From Mobula hypostoma (lineage: Eukaryota): a stretch of DNA of 64,000 nucleotides. Location: the NCBI RefSeq assembly GCF_963921235.1, contig NC_086102.1, positions 152,768,001 through 152,832,000 on the forward strand. Reading direction: 5' to 3'. The notes below the pieces were generated by a model that was not told the DNA's origin, searched no databases, and saw only the letters and a list, made by a program, of their open reading frames with translations. The position numbers and the translations under genes are program-made. This document shows positions 63,501 through 64,000 of this stretch, piece by piece. The first letter of the stretch is position 1, and each line of letters starts with the position of its first letter.

Positions 63501-63949
63501 AACAGCAAAAGCTGGGGAAGTAGAACTGAAAGTTGTACAAAAGCAGCTACAACAGAGTGGTAATGTAGGGTATAATCTCTATCAGAACAGCTTCTTGCCC
63601 TCTGCCATATGATTTCTAAACCCAGGAACACCACATCACTTTTTTTATATATATTATTTCTACTTTGTGCTAGTTTTAAATCTATTTATATATATATTTA
63701 GTACCACAGACTTATTTATTTTTTTCTTTTTGCATTGCATTGAACTGCTGTTGCTAAGTTAACATATTTCATGTCACATTCCAGTGATAATAAACCTGAT
63801 TCTGATGTGAATAGCAACAGAAGATTCTATGATAACATTAATGCCATTTAAGCGTCACTAGTTACAGGAAAGTGTCTTGGTTACAGGCAACTTACCCGAT
63901 TTTTCTTCAAGTTGGAGAGTTCATCAATGAGAACAATTTGTTCCTTTAT
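60552..63949 (-). CDS. ASDURF: ASNSD1 upstream ORF microprotein (prefoldin-like PAQosome subunit); exons 2-4, first exon beyond the right edge
   Basis: Exons 63949-63896 ([18 protein letters not shown]), 62411-62336 (KVYKQQPNSYIFFTADQTQTLSESK) and 60616-60552 (CSLDEMRREYQELENTEEVKK*). GT-AG, in phase; closely matches remembered human ASDURF [31 protein letters not shown]. Confidence 0.93.
61360..61395 (-). ncRNA. Minimal type I hammerhead ribozyme motif (sense to ASDURF/ASNSD1 pre-mRNA)
   Basis: AGUC CUGACGA AGGGUCUCGGCCU GAAAC GUC GACU. Confidence 0.75.
62009..62044 (+). ncRNA. Minimal hammerhead ribozyme motif
   Basis: Same core on the plus strand. Confidence 0.75.
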
Positions 63950-64000
63950 CTATAAAAACAAAATGATATTGCACATTGGAAAGGCATTTGGAAAAAAAAT

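Overview
Eukaryotic vertebrate genomic DNA, AT-rich and intron-rich. The repeat landscape (CR1, Rex1/Babar, Penelope, Gypsy, Tc1/Tigger, hAT) suggests a cartilaginous fish, probably a ray; the taxon is an inference. Four protein-coding units can be rebuilt exon by exon with consistent splice phases. (1) The 5' half of ANKAR (minus strand, 9 firm coding exons 4574-38964, one GC-AG intron, continuing off the left edge). (2) A complete 8-exon, 269-aa stand-alone sugar-1-phosphate nucleotidyltransferase gene (plus, 41737-46036), head-to-head with ANKAR across a CpG-rich promoter; I know of no counterpart at the human ASNSD1-ANKAR locus. (3) The complete ASNSD1 CDS (minus, 624 aa). (4) Three exons of the upstream-ORF microprotein ASDURF on the same transcript, which the ORF track misses; an AATAAA and four upstream ATGs lie in the ~50 nt between the two cistrons. 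The most striking non-coding signal is a set of at least seven intact minimal hammerhead ribozyme cores carried by young Penelope-like insertions. They include two inverted-repeat insertions with perfect 14-15 bp target-site duplications and ~130-nt mini-elements that begin at the ribozyme. Three cores lie in sense orientation inside the ASDURF/ASNSD1 pre-mRNA. All family names come from motif recognition and memory, not database searches.
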